Positions 36,255 through 45,446 of a stretch of 60,206 bases of DNA are shown piece by piece. Below the pieces are notes generated by a model, which saw only the letters and a program-made list of their open reading frames with translations, was not told the DNA's origin and searched no databases. The DNA lies in the IMG/VR virus record IMGVR_UViG_3300009965_000007, positions 1 to 60,206 of that record; one strand, written 5' to 3'. Each line of letters starts with the position of its first letter. Within the stretch, counting starts at the first letter, position 1. The stretch is from a virus. The position numbers and the translations under genes were made by a program.

Positions 36255-36876
36255 AATACCATACACAACAGAACAAGTATATACTATGCTGTATGCAGCT
36301 TGTAAAGCCGAAGTTGCAGCACGAATGAGAAAATTTGTTGATAGCAAAGAATATAAACAGCATATATTAGATGTCGCTAAGTGGCTGACATCAAACGAAA
36401 CAACATTTGGGTTGTTTATTTGTGGCGATAAAGGCAACGGGAAAACAACTCTTGTGCTGGCGTTGCAGTCATTGTATTTCTATCTCCATTTAGGAGAGCG
36501 TTGCGAGAACAGAGAGCCACCGTACAGCGGTTTCAGAATTGTAACAGCAAAGGAGCTTGTGCAGCTGGCTAAAGCTGACAACAATCCGACAAAAGAAAAC
36601 GAAAAAGCAACTACAGAATTTCGTCTTCTAAAGAACATAGAGATACTATGTATAGATGACTTAGGCACAGAGCCTTGCGAAAGTCTTAACTATGGTGATA
36701 CTGTTACGGCAGTTACAGATGTTATACATTATCGCTATCAAAAGCAATTTTGCACGATAACAACATCTAATCTTACTTCAAAAGAGATTGGAGAGTATTA
36801 CGACCAGCGTCTACTTGATAGATTTAAAGAGATGATGCACGTTGTAAACTTTGCTCACGAACCATCATTTAGATAA
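36166..36876 (+). CDS. DnaC/IstB-like helicase-loader ATPase
   Basis: Walker A 'GDKGNGKTT' and Walker B 'LCIDDLGTE'. The start may instead be ATG 36208 or 36286. Confidence 0.8.
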   Translation: MKAIDKKQKIDVEAMFSLLLKRKNIPTRFRIPYTTEQVYTMLYAACKAEVAARMRKFVDSKEYKQHILDVAKWLTSNETTFGLFICGDKGNGKTTLVLALQSLYFYLHLGERCENREPPYSGFRIVTAKELVQLAKADNNPTKENEKATTEFRLLKNIEILCIDDLGTEPCESLNYGDTVTAVTDVIHYRYQKQFCTITTSNLTSKEIGEYYDQRLLDRFKEMMHVVNFAHEPSFR

Positions 36877-36908
36877 AATATTTAATAAAACAATAAACAA
36901 TAAAAGTT

Positions 36909-37259
36909 ATGAAAACAGAAACAATGAATAAATTATGCGCTTCTTATATGGAAGATGTAAGAGGCGTAAAGAGAAATACGCCTAATAGAAACTTTGTATT
37001 GCGTCTAATCGAAGATACGTACAAAGCAGGAATTGAAAATGCCTACAAAGGCATTAAGCCGTTAGACTGGACGGTTGGAAAGTATGGAATGTGGGCGAAT
37101 ACATTTGTAGGTATGTTTTCTATTCGTCCGCTTTTGAAAGGTGGTTTTGAAGTAATTTACAACGGAGAAACATTGTGCACTCGTTCTACCTTATCAAAGG
37201 CGAAAGAGTTTGCGAACAATGTTTACAGGAAGAAAGCAAAGGAAAGGTTGGGGCTATGA
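36909..37259 (+). CDS. Hypothetical protein
   Basis: 116-aa ORF with an ATGA overlap onto the next ORF. Confidence 0.55.
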   Translation: MKTETMNKLCASYMEDVRGVKRNTPNRNFVLRLIEDTYKAGIENAYKGIKPLDWTVGKYGMWANTFVGMFSIRPLLKGGFEVIYNGETLCTRSTLSKAKEFANNVYRKKAKERLGL

Positions 37260-37621
37260 AGCAGAAAGATTTAGCCGATGAGTATGCAGAGAAAGAGTAC
37301 AAACGGGTAAACGGAGATAGTGCTCCCATCTTTACAGATGAGACCTGTTTTACTTTTGACGACATTAAAGCTGCTTTTAACACAGGGCGTGAGAGTGTGG
37401 TGGAGAGTTTGCCAAAATTGAAATGGCAAAGAGTTCACAAAGATGGACCACACCTTGCCGTAACAGTTTTTAATTGGTTCTACAGGATAGAATTTATTTA
37501 TAACGAATTTCATTTATTCTGTAATAGCTATTTTATCAGTTGTTATATCTCACTTTCAGATACCAAGCAGGCAGCCAACGAACACTATAAACAATATATT
37601 AAACAGGCATTGGAGTTATGA
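37256..37621 (+). CDS. Hypothetical protein (weakly similar to the preceding ORF)
   Basis: ATG at 37256 (MKQKDLADEY...). Its 'LKW...' then '...AK/QAA..Y' layout resembles ORF 36909. Confidence 0.5.
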   Translation: MKQKDLADEYAEKEYKRVNGDSAPIFTDETCFTFDDIKAAFNTGRESVVESLPKLKWQRVHKDGPHLAVTVFNWFYRIEFIYNEFHLFCNSYFISCYISLSDTKQAANEHYKQYIKQALEL

Positions 37622-38136
37622 TTGAAACAAAACTATCAGTTAAAGAGATTGAACGTATCATTGTTGCGTACTTAGGCGGTGTCAGAACGAATATTATAGT
37701 TCCAAACCTGTCATGGGGCTTTCTTAACCATGAAGCAGACCTAATAAGTATAGATAAGAATGGGTACCTTACAGAAGTTGAAATTAAGCGTTCTTTTGAG
37801 GACTTTAAGACAGACTTCAAAAAAGACAACTACCACGACACAGATGAGCGTGTTTACCGTTTTGGATACTTCGTCCCAAAAGCTATCTTAAAGGAGTGTA
37901 TTGAATATAACAACGAATATTGCAAAGGTGTAACCTTTAACGATGAACCATATTCTGTATTTGGTTTCACAGATGATGGGAAAGTATATGACGGAAAAGG
38001 GCGCATTATACATCTTGCTTTTTCTTATTCAAGCAACCCCAGAAGTCGTAAACTATTCTTAGAAGAAAGGTTAAAAGTAGCACACCTTGGATGTATGAGG
38101 TTGTACCCACTCGGGCAAAAGAGTATAAAACGTTAA
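37618..38136 (+). CDS. PD-(D/E)xK nuclease-like protein (MmcB-like)
   Basis: 'HEADLISIDKNGYLTEVEIKRSFEDFKTDFKK' carries a D...E-x-K signature. Confidence 0.5.
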   Translation: MIETKLSVKEIERIIVAYLGGVRTNIIVPNLSWGFLNHEADLISIDKNGYLTEVEIKRSFEDFKTDFKKDNYHDTDERVYRFGYFVPKAILKECIEYNNEYCKGVTFNDEPYSVFGFTDDGKVYDGKGRIIHLAFSYSSNPRSRKLFLEERLKVAHLGCMRLYPLGQKSIKR

Positions 38137-38150
38137 AACATAACAAAATT

Positions 38151-38321
38151 ATGACGATATTAGAATTACAAAAGGCACTTCAAGAAATGTACGAAAAGTA
38201 CGGAGATGTTGAAGTAGCTATCCAAAACGGAGACGATAGCGGAGAATACTGCGGTCAAAGAAATATTGAAAATGTAGAATTTGAGGGAGAATACCCTAAC
38301 GAAATGGTTATTCTGTCGTAA
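38151..38321 (+). CDS. Small hypothetical protein
   Basis: 56 aa from the ATG at 38151 (MTILELQKALQEMYEKYG...). Confidence 0.4.
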   Translation: MTILELQKALQEMYEKYGDVEVAIQNGDDSGEYCGQRNIENVEFEGEYPNEMVILS

Positions 38322-38331
38322 AAAATAAATT

Positions 38332-38862
38332 ATGAACAGAGATATTCACCATAGCTGCAAATGCACAGGGCAAAATTTCACTTTCGAAGAATGGGGTGAA
38401 TACCTACGTTTGGAGGATAGACCCAAAATAGTGCATCAATGCAAAGAGTTTGGCTTCAATATTTTCGATGTATGCTTAACACCGAATGTTAAGATAAAAT
38501 GGGAAAATAAAACAAATTACTTTAAAGTCGAAACAGCGCAATCAGACAACGGACGGTGGGATTACGGACTTAGTTATAATTTTTGGACGCAAGGCGGTGG
38601 TTGTGGTGCAGGCTATGTTGATATACCAACAGGTGGGTATAATACAGAAAAAGAAGCTATCAATGCAGCCTTAAGTTCCTTAGAAGAGAAATGCCAACGT
38701 ATTATTGACGAAAATCAATTCAGGGGCGGAGATATAGACGACGATAGTAACGAACCCGAAATTAGGGGTTCGTCTGTACTTCCAATACTTAAAGAGGCAA
38801 TGCGTAAGATTGCTTATTATAAAGAAGTATTCAACCCCCGACAATTAGAATTGTTTGATTAG
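38332..38862 (+). CDS. Hypothetical protein
   Basis: 176-aa ORF. Confidence 0.55.
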   Translation: MNRDIHHSCKCTGQNFTFEEWGEYLRLEDRPKIVHQCKEFGFNIFDVCLTPNVKIKWENKTNYFKVETAQSDNGRWDYGLSYNFWTQGGGCGAGYVDIPTGGYNTEKEAINAALSSLEEKCQRIIDENQFRGGDIDDDSNEPEIRGSSVLPILKEAMRKIAYYKEVFNPRQLELFD

Positions 38863-39013
38863 TTTTTTGAAACCTAAGATTAGTTTTGATTTATGAAAGG
38901 AAAAACAATAAACGATATATGCGAGGATAGTGTAATTTATAAAGCACCTTACTACTTTATAAATAGTAACGGGGAGTGCGAAATATCTAAGAAATTAAAA
39001 ATAGAAAAGTAAT

Positions 39014-39523
39014 ATGATTGCAAAAAAAATAAAAGCGTATTTTGAGGAACGCAAAGAGAGAAAGCGCATATCAGAACAATATGCGTTGGAAAAGAAATGT
39101 GTGGAATATTTTGATAAATCCGTCCCCCGATGGACGGGGAGTTTGGAAGAATTGATAGGCAGCACACCATTGCCCGAAAAAGAGATATACTTGCTTGGGA
39201 AATTTAAGAAAGATAGTTTTCCATTGCAGGCAGTAAGGCTTCATCGTTCTTGGCGGAATGAACGACCAATGTTATCTTACGGAGATTACTCTTACCATTC
39301 TACGTATGAATGGCTGACCTCAGTTGAGAATTTTCCTAATGAACTGTGGTTTTCTACTGAAGATTATCCACGTCCAACACGTCCCACGTTGCTTTTATGC
39401 GAGTATAACTCTGGACATTACGAGGTGGTCAAGTATGCAGATAAAACGTGGGTAACAGAGTTATGTTTCCCTGTAAAGCCTACACGTTACTTCGTTCTTG
39501 ACTTCTTAACTGAAGGTAAATAA
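39014..39523 (+). CDS. Hypothetical protein
   Basis: 169-aa ORF. Confidence 0.55.
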   Translation: MIAKKIKAYFEERKERKRISEQYALEKKCVEYFDKSVPRWTGSLEELIGSTPLPEKEIYLLGKFKKDSFPLQAVRLHRSWRNERPMLSYGDYSYHSTYEWLTSVENFPNELWFSTEDYPRPTRPTLLLCEYNSGHYEVVKYADKTWVTELCFPVKPTRYFVLDFLTEGK

Positions 39524-39543
39524 CATTTAAATAGAGTCTTAAT

Positions 39544-39846
39544 ATGAAGAAACTAATTTTATTATCAGTATTAGCATTTGTAGTCAGTTCTTGTGGCTAT
39601 GAGATTAGAAAGAAGCCAGAGCCTCCTAAGCCGAAGCTGACAAAGGAACAGATACGAAAGCAAGAATATGAACAAAGGTTGAAAGACTACGATGTACAGT
39701 TCTTGTTTGAGTGTAACGGAGTAAAGGTATATCGGTTTTGTGATAATGGAAATAATATCTATTTCACTGATGCAAACGGAATGACTTACTATCAATACAG
39801 CACGAAGTATACCCATAGGGTTCAATCTATTAATACAAGGAGGTAA
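39544..39846 (+). CDS. Lipoprotein
   Basis: MKKLILLSVLAFVVSSC is a signal peptide with a lipobox-like VSSC. Confidence 0.65.
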   Translation: MKKLILLSVLAFVVSSCGYEIRKKPEPPKPKLTKEQIRKQEYEQRLKDYDVQFLFECNGVKVYRFCDNGNNIYFTDANGMTYYQYSTKYTHRVQSINTRR

Positions 39847-39849
39847 ATT

Positions 39850-40122
39850 ATGATAGTATATATTAACTTATTAGTGCTTTTTCTCATTTCTCTTGCTTGC
39901 GTGTTTATGTCAAAATATGTTCCTGATGAGTATGCGAGGATAAACAGGCGGATAGATAATTTGTTTGCTAATCAACGAATGATGTATAAATATCAACTGC
40001 TTTCGTTGTTGGCAAATATGAGAAATTTAAAGACATTGGCTATTATACAGGAGGAATACGAGATTGCAAATAGCATACAAGAGAACATAGAAAAAATAGA
40101 AAAAAGAATTGAAAGATTATGA
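39850..40122 (+). CDS. Small membrane-anchored protein
   Basis: N-terminal hydrophobic helix (VYINLLVLFLISLACVF). 90 aa. Confidence 0.5.
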   Translation: MIVYINLLVLFLISLACVFMSKYVPDEYARINRRIDNLFANQRMMYKYQLLSLLANMRNLKTLAIIQEEYEIANSIQENIEKIEKRIERL

Positions 40123-40544
40123 AGCGTGAAATTTTATTTAGAGGAAAAAGAGTAGACAATGGCGAGTGGGTCTATGGTAGAGGATTACAGCAATGTAAAG
40201 ATGAACTTGGAAACGAGATAGTAGCCATATTCAAAAATGTTGTGAAGTCTGAAAAGTATATAAAGAAAGAGGGTAGGTACACTCTTTATTACGTGCCAGT
40301 GAAAGCTGAAACGCTCGGTCAGTTCACCGGGTTTAAAGATAAAAACGGCAAGAACATATTTGAGGGGGATATTGTGCGTTTAGGTGATGACTTGCATTAT
40401 TTTATATTTAATATAGAATATGGCTCTTTTGTGGCTGCAAGTATAAAAGGAGGCATTGGAATACGTCTATTTCAGTGTACTATAACAAATTGTGGATATG
40501 CCATCATCGGCAATATTCACGATAACCCCGAACTAATCAAGTAA
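40119..40544 (+). CDS. YopX-family protein
   Basis: 'ILFRGKRVDNGEWVYG...LGQFTGFKDKNGKNIFEGDIV' is the typical YopX pattern. Confidence 0.8.
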   Translation: MKREILFRGKRVDNGEWVYGRGLQQCKDELGNEIVAIFKNVVKSEKYIKKEGRYTLYYVPVKAETLGQFTGFKDKNGKNIFEGDIVRLGDDLHYFIFNIEYGSFVAASIKGGIGIRLFQCTITNCGYAIIGNIHDNPELIK

Positions 40545-40548
40545 GCGT

Positions 40549-40695
40549 ATGAGAAGAAAAATAATCCCTAAACACTGCACCCACCCTATTTGCCATTGTA
40601 CAGATGGGGTGGACACAATAGACTGTTGGGCGTTCCTTAATGAAAGATTTGAGGAGTGTCCGTATACAAATTGTGAATGTTATAAACAAGAATGA
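40549..40695 (+). CDS. Cys-rich micro-ORF (48 aa), tentative
   Basis: Manual translation gives MRRKIIPKHCTHPICHCTDGVDTIDCWAFLNERFEECPYTNCECYKQE. Its stop overlaps the next ATG (ATGA). Confidence 0.35.
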   Translation: MRRKIIPKHCTHPICHCTDGVDTIDCWAFLNERFEECPYTNCECYKQE

Positions 40696-41561
40696 AGATA
40701 TTAGTACAATTTAGCGGAGGCAAGGATAGTCAGGCTTGCCTTATCAAGGCGGTAAATGACTACGGCAATGAAAAAGTTACAGCATTGTTCTGTGATACAG
40801 GGTGGGAGCACGAAGATACTTACACGCATATTCACAATGTTTGCAACCAATTAGGCGTAGAACTGATTACGCTCAAAAGCAGTAAGTATAAAGACTTTGT
40901 GGATATGTCTATTAAAAAAGGAAGATTTCCATCAACAATGGCAAGGTTCTGTACTTCTGAACTGAAAATAATACCAATGATAGATTATATTCTCTCACAA
41001 GATGAGAGCTTTATCATTATTCAAGGAATTAGAGCTAAAGAAAGTAAGGCACGTGCTGGGTATGATGTTGAATGTTCTTATTTTAAGGACTACTTCAACA
41101 AAGAAGTAAAAGGTCTATATCGCAAGAAAGATGTGATAGAATGGTGTAAGACACACGATGCTTCTGTCCTGCGACCTATATTCAGATGGTCAGCACAGGA
41201 TGTAATAGATTATATACTGGAGAATGGCCAGCGACCTAATCCTTTGTACGAACGTGGTTTTTCACGTGTTGGTTGCTTTCCTTGCATTATGTGTAGAAAG
41301 CGTGAAGCACAGTTGATTTCAAAAGATGAATGGGCAAGAAAACGGCTAATAGATGCTGAACAACGAATGAAAGATGAAACAGAAAGAGGTTCGTCTTTCT
41401 TTCCACCTATATACATTCCTAAACGTTTCTGTGCCAACGGAGAATACCCCACTGTGCAGGAGGTATTCAAATATGTAAACCGAAATGACACAGAACTGGA
41501 TATGTTTGAGCCAGAGGGAGGATATAGTTGTATGAGCTTATATCACGGTTTGTGTGAATAA
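40692..41561 (+). CDS. PAPS-reductase-like PP-loop protein
   Basis: The N-terminal 'ILVQFSGGKDSQACL' carries the PP-loop SGGxDS motif. 289 aa. Confidence 0.8.
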   Translation: MKILVQFSGGKDSQACLIKAVNDYGNEKVTALFCDTGWEHEDTYTHIHNVCNQLGVELITLKSSKYKDFVDMSIKKGRFPSTMARFCTSELKIIPMIDYILSQDESFIIIQGIRAKESKARAGYDVECSYFKDYFNKEVKGLYRKKDVIEWCKTHDASVLRPIFRWSAQDVIDYILENGQRPNPLYERGFSRVGCFPCIMCRKREAQLISKDEWARKRLIDAEQRMKDETERGSSFFPPIYIPKRFCANGEYPTVQEVFKYVNRNDTELDMFEPEGGYSCMSLYHGLCE

Positions 41562-41738
41562 CGAATAAATAAATACCAAAGCTGATAGTATGGACGAATT
41601 AAGAAGAGAATATATCATTCCAATAAAACCTGTAGAAATGATAGATTGTAGTTATCTACCTAACAAAAAGAGTAAATCACGTGCAGGGTCAGCACCTTAC
41701 GCAAGTAAGAGGAAAAAAAAACGTAAAAAGTAAATATT

Positions 41739-42410
41739 ATGAAGATAAATAATGAAGCGGAACTGCTAAATAAGTTCTGCGATAAAAGCAATTCTAACAA
41801 CTTGCGCTCCTATCCGTTTTTCAATACGAGGTACAACGAGGTATGGAGTACTGATGGGTATACTCTTATTAGGGTAAATCCCGAAATTCTTGTTGGCGAA
41901 TATATTAAGGAGAGTTTGCCAATGCCTAACTTAGAATATCCTTGTGAAAAGACTATCACCATTAAGGCATTAAACAAAGCATTAGAGGCGTGTCCTTTGG
42001 TTGATGAAGAAGTTGTAATACAAGACGCTGTAAAATGTGAGGAATGCGATGGAAGTGGTGAAGTGTATTGGGAATACAAGGACAATCATTTGTACACCCA
42101 CGAACGCTTGATGGATTGCCCTATATGCGATGGCACAGGAGAGATGGAACACGAGAAGACAAAGAGAACGGGTAAGAAAGTTATTGCAGACGATGCCGTC
42201 ATTGAAGTGGGAGATGCTTATATCTTTGCTAAGTATCTTCAAACTCTAAAGCAGGCAATGGATTTTCTTAACATTGCGTCTGTTAAGATAACACACAACT
42301 CGCCTAAAGGAGCAAATGAGTTTGTTGTAAATGACGATATACGCATCATTATTGCGAGTATGCTCTTTGACTATTCAAATGAATGCAACGCAGAATTAGA
42401 ATTAAGATAA
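41739..42410 (+). CDS. Sliding-clamp (DnaN)-like protein with an inserted CxxCxGxG zinc finger
   Basis: 'STDGYTLIRV' (compare DnaN ATDGHRLA), 'CEECDGSGE...CPICDGTGE', and C-terminal 'YIFAKYLQTLKQAM...IIIASM' (compare DnaN FNxxYLxD...MPM). Confidence 0.5.
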   Translation: MKINNEAELLNKFCDKSNSNNLRSYPFFNTRYNEVWSTDGYTLIRVNPEILVGEYIKESLPMPNLEYPCEKTITIKALNKALEACPLVDEEVVIQDAVKCEECDGSGEVYWEYKDNHLYTHERLMDCPICDGTGEMEHEKTKRTGKKVIADDAVIEVGDAYIFAKYLQTLKQAMDFLNIASVKITHNSPKGANEFVVNDDIRIIIASMLFDYSNECNAELELR

Positions 42411-42435
42411 TAACAATTAAAAGAAAAGTAAAAAT

Positions 42436-42693
42436 ATGGAAAGAAAAATTATTGAAAATGGAACACCTTTTAGGTGGCACAATTCAAAAGAGGAACTTCC
42501 AAACCTTAAGAATGAAAAAGACACACTTACTTGTGTTGTCAAACGTAATGGGCTCCTGTCTCTTAGTGTATGGAACCAATATTACCAAGTATGGGACGAT
42601 GAATTTGGCGACGATTACGAAATGAGCAAGGAAACAGAACTTGAATGGTCTCCTCTTGATACGATGGAGGAAAGTGAAATTATTAAATTATAA
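42436..42693 (+). CDS. Hypothetical protein
   Basis: 85-aa ORF. Confidence 0.5.
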   Translation: MERKIIENGTPFRWHNSKEELPNLKNEKDTLTCVVKRNGLLSLSVWNQYYQVWDDEFGDDYEMSKETELEWSPLDTMEESEIIKL

Positions 42694-42724
42694 GCAGGAA
42701 GGAATATATTAAAATTAAGAATTG

Positions 42725-42913
42725 ATGGGATACTTAATAGATTTTATACCAATACTATTGTCGTTCTTTGTATGCTATTACGCTGGTAAATATAAAGCGT
42801 ACAGCGATATTTACGAGAAAGTTCTAAACGAACACGTAAAAAGACATTTTGAAGAAGAATTTAAAAACGATATTAAAAACAAAATAAATAAAGGACAAAA
42901 CAAATGGAAGTAA
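42725..42913 (+). CDS. Small membrane-anchored protein
   Basis: ATG at 42725 with an N-terminal hydrophobic helix. Confidence 0.45.
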   Translation: MGYLIDFIPILLSFFVCYYAGKYKAYSDIYEKVLNEHVKRHFEEEFKNDIKNKINKGQNKWK

Positions 42914-43470
42914 AATTCAACGCAGGGGATATGTGCGCCATTCCCGATGGTTGCAAGGCAACTATTAAAGATGGAGTGGTGATATTCGAGAAAGAAGAAA
43001 AATTCAAAGACGGAGATATTCTTGTGTCTTTTGTAAATGGGGAAAGGTACAATGCCTTTATATATAAAGGCACGGATAAAAATGGTTTCCATTCATACTA
43101 TGTTGGAGTAGATGTAGGCAAACTGCTTTCTATCAGTACATCTCCAAGCAATAGGTGGTGCAATTCTAATTTATCCTACGCCACCGAAGAAGAAAAACAG
43201 TTACTCTTTGATAAAATGAAAGAGCAAGGCTTGCGATGGAATGCCGAAGAGAAGAAAGTGGAGAAGATACGGTGGAGAGCAAAGAAAGGTGAGGAGTATC
43301 ATTTTATGAATACCGATTTTACTACGGTTATTTCAACTGAATTAGATGATGATATTGATACGAACCGTTATAGTGCTCTCAACTATTTTCATACTCAAGA
43401 ACAAACCATTGAAGCTGCAGAGCGTGTGAAAGAAACGTTAAGAAAGTACCACGAAGAAATAAAAGAATGA
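42904..43470 (+). CDS. Hypothetical protein
   Basis: 188-aa ORF. Confidence 0.55.
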   Translation: MEVKFNAGDMCAIPDGCKATIKDGVVIFEKEEKFKDGDILVSFVNGERYNAFIYKGTDKNGFHSYYVGVDVGKLLSISTSPSNRWCNSNLSYATEEEKQLLFDKMKEQGLRWNAEEKKVEKIRWRAKKGEEYHFMNTDFTTVISTELDDDIDTNRYSALNYFHTQEQTIEAAERVKETLRKYHEEIKE

Positions 43471-43808
43471 ACATAACAGACCTTAAAATTGGCGACCGTG
43501 TGCAGGAAATCGGGACACGGTTTCCAATGACAGTTGTAGGCTTATATTCCACGCTCGATAACCTTAAGTTAGGCACGGTGGACCTCGATTTCGAGGGCAA
43601 CGAGGGCGATGTGTGGATACGCAAACCCGAAGAACTGGAGAGAGTAAACAGTCAGTCTACAGATTGGGACAAAGTAAGAATTAACGCTGCCATTGCCAAT
43701 ATGCAAACACTGATGGCACAGTCGTGGCAAATGGAAGCAGACGAAGTGGCAAAGGTAGCCGTTGAGTATGCCGATGCGCTAATTAAAGAATTGAAAGAAA
43801 ATGAATAG
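43467..43808 (+). CDS. Hypothetical protein
   Basis: 113-aa ORF with an ATGA-type overlap onto the previous ORF. Confidence 0.55.
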   Translation: MNITDLKIGDRVQEIGTRFPMTVVGLYSTLDNLKLGTVDLDFEGNEGDVWIRKPEELERVNSQSTDWDKVRINAAIANMQTLMAQSWQMEADEVAKVAVEYADALIKELKENE

Positions 43809-43980
43809 AACAAGACTTAACTTTTGGTTGTGGACATTCATAACCATTATGTGGGAAGTTACCCTAATGGGTGCAATATCGCACCATCATTACAAAGATG
43901 TTTATCTTCCTTTTGTTGGAATGGTAATCAGCCTGATACCCACAATTATTAACTTTTTAGCATTAGAAAGGAAGAGATGA
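43801..43980 (+). CDS. Small two-helix membrane protein (59 aa, below the track cutoff)
   Basis: Manual translation gives MNRTRLNFWLWTFITIMWEVTLMGAISHHHYKDVYLPFVGMVISLIPTIINFLALERKR. Overlaps its neighbours at both ends. Confidence 0.45.
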   Translation: MNRTRLNFWLWTFITIMWEVTLMGAISHHHYKDVYLPFVGMVISLIPTIINFLALERKR

Positions 43981-44210
43981 AGTTTAAACAAGCAATAGCC
44001 TTTGATGGGCGAAACCTTAACGACATATTTCGCCTGCCGTGCGTTGAAAGTATTGATAAAGGCGAAAACGGTAAGCCATACATTAAGCTGTATCGTAGCT
44101 GTACGGAGGGCAGACTGATTGCCACCGTAGGCACTGTGCTGGTGCAGTTCGGCAACGACACCTGGCAAGTGTTCGGCAAAGAAGCGTGGGAAAGAGCCAC
44201 CAAAGAATAG
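43977..44210 (+). CDS. Hypothetical protein
   Basis: 77-aa ORF. Confidence 0.5.
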   Translation: MKFKQAIAFDGRNLNDIFRLPCVESIDKGENGKPYIKLYRSCTEGRLIATVGTVLVQFGNDTWQVFGKEAWERATKE

Positions 44211-44223
44211 GCACGCAAATCTG

Positions 44224-44278
44224 TATCCATAGATATACAAGCGTATATCCATAGATGTACGCTCGTATATCCATAGAT
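44224..44278 (+). repeat. Three direct TATCCATAGAT repeats with a 22-bp period
   Basis: Copies at 44224-44234, 44246-44256 and 44268-44278. The last two share the extended GTATATCCATAGATGTA. Intergenic. Confidence 0.9.
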
Positions 44279-44396
44279 GTAAAAACACAGAACAATATGA
44301 CAATAGAGCAATACACTTATTTAGTAGCCAAATATGGCGAGGAAACTGTCTACCGATTCTTTAAACGGTCGGTGGACGCTTTAAAGAGGAAGTATA

Positions 44397-45311
44397 ATGA
44401 ACGTATTTAAACAACAAACCCCATTCACAGGAATAAAGCAAACCGATTTGGCGCAAGCGTGGCAACAGAACCGCGAAACGCTAAACCATATTTCTGCCCT
44501 ATTCCACGTGATAATAGGTGGAGCAAACAGCGTGGCGCAAACTGTTATGCTGGACACTATAAACTTGCTTTCTAAAACAAACCAATACAAAGGAAAGGCA
44601 AAGCACAACGCACACTTGGCGGTGAAGAGATATAACGATTTCGACCGTCAGAATATGGACGATATGCGCAATAAACAGCTGGACAAACGTCAGTTCTATA
44701 TAGATTATTTAGACGACTTGGAAGAACGACTGAAACCCGATGTGTTCCGCTTCAGACTTGCCATTAAACAAGTGTTGGACAAAAGAAAGATAGCCGACAG
44801 CGAACTGAAATCGTACATTCTATGTACCTACGAAATGCTGCACTACTGTGTTACGCTATTCGATAGGTTCATAGAGGAATTGCCGTCTATTCCACCCATA
44901 AACTTTAAAGAAACATACAGAGCCGCCCGATTAGACGGTGTGTTTACAGCGTGGGACAATCTTACGGACGTGCTTTGTAGAGATTGTGCCAACATTCGAT
45001 TAGACGACGACCCCAACTGTCGCCTTGCCCTAAACATTATAGAAACAAAAATAGTGTCGGAGCAAAGCATAAACAAAAGCGGCAAAGAAGCTCTAAGCCT
45101 CAACCCCACCATACAGCTGAAAGCCGACCGTGCCGAAATGAACCACCATCGCAAGCCGTTCCAGCCATTGCAATTCACCGATGCACAAATGGAATATCTA
45201 AAGAACAACTACTCAACCACACGAAACATAGACCTTGCCAAAACGTTAGGCATCAGCCTATCGAAACTTAACAAACTCGCAAAAGAACTCAACTTGACTA
45301 AGCAGAACTAA
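44397..45311 (+). CDS. Hypothetical protein with a C-terminal HTH; regulator candidate
   Basis: 304 aa. The C-terminal 'TRNIDLAKTLGISLSKLNKLAKELNL' is HTH-like. Last gene of the early/middle operon. Confidence 0.45.
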   Translation: MNVFKQQTPFTGIKQTDLAQAWQQNRETLNHISALFHVIIGGANSVAQTVMLDTINLLSKTNQYKGKAKHNAHLAVKRYNDFDRQNMDDMRNKQLDKRQFYIDYLDDLEERLKPDVFRFRLAIKQVLDKRKIADSELKSYILCTYEMLHYCVTLFDRFIEELPSIPPINFKETYRAARLDGVFTAWDNLTDVLCRDCANIRLDDDPNCRLALNIIETKIVSEQSINKSGKEALSLNPTIQLKADRAEMNHHRKPFQPLQFTDAQMEYLKNNYSTTRNIDLAKTLGISLSKLNKLAKELNLTKQN

Positions 45312-45315
45312 AATA

Positions 45316-45352
45316 GTCCAAATATTGTCCAATTCTTGGACAGATATTGGAC
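45316..45352. promoter_or_regulatory. Four-site dyad GTCCAA-N5-GTCCAA-N3-TTGGAC-N5-TTGGAC
   Basis: Hexamers at 45316, 45327, 45336 and 45347, symmetric about 45334. Lies 5 nt after the stop of ORF 44397..45311. Confidence 0.55.
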
Positions 45353-45392
45353 AGATATATAAAAACTCTTTTCACTCATAATTATATGTAGT

Positions 45393-45428
45393 AAGCCCCA
45401 CCGTCCGTGATGGATAGTGGGGCTTTTT
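45393..45428. terminator. Terminator between convergent operons
   Basis: AAGCCCCAC / GTGGGGCTT stem followed by TTTTT. Confidence 0.8.
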
Positions 45429-45446
45429 GCGTTTACATCATTACGG

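Noticed and set aside
43902-44316. Three overlapping minus-strand ORFs (133, 120 and 77 aa) spanning the 22-bp repeat array.
   Set aside because: They are antisense to the + strand operon. Their repetitive 'IYGY.../YISMD...' translations arise from the DNA repeats themselves.
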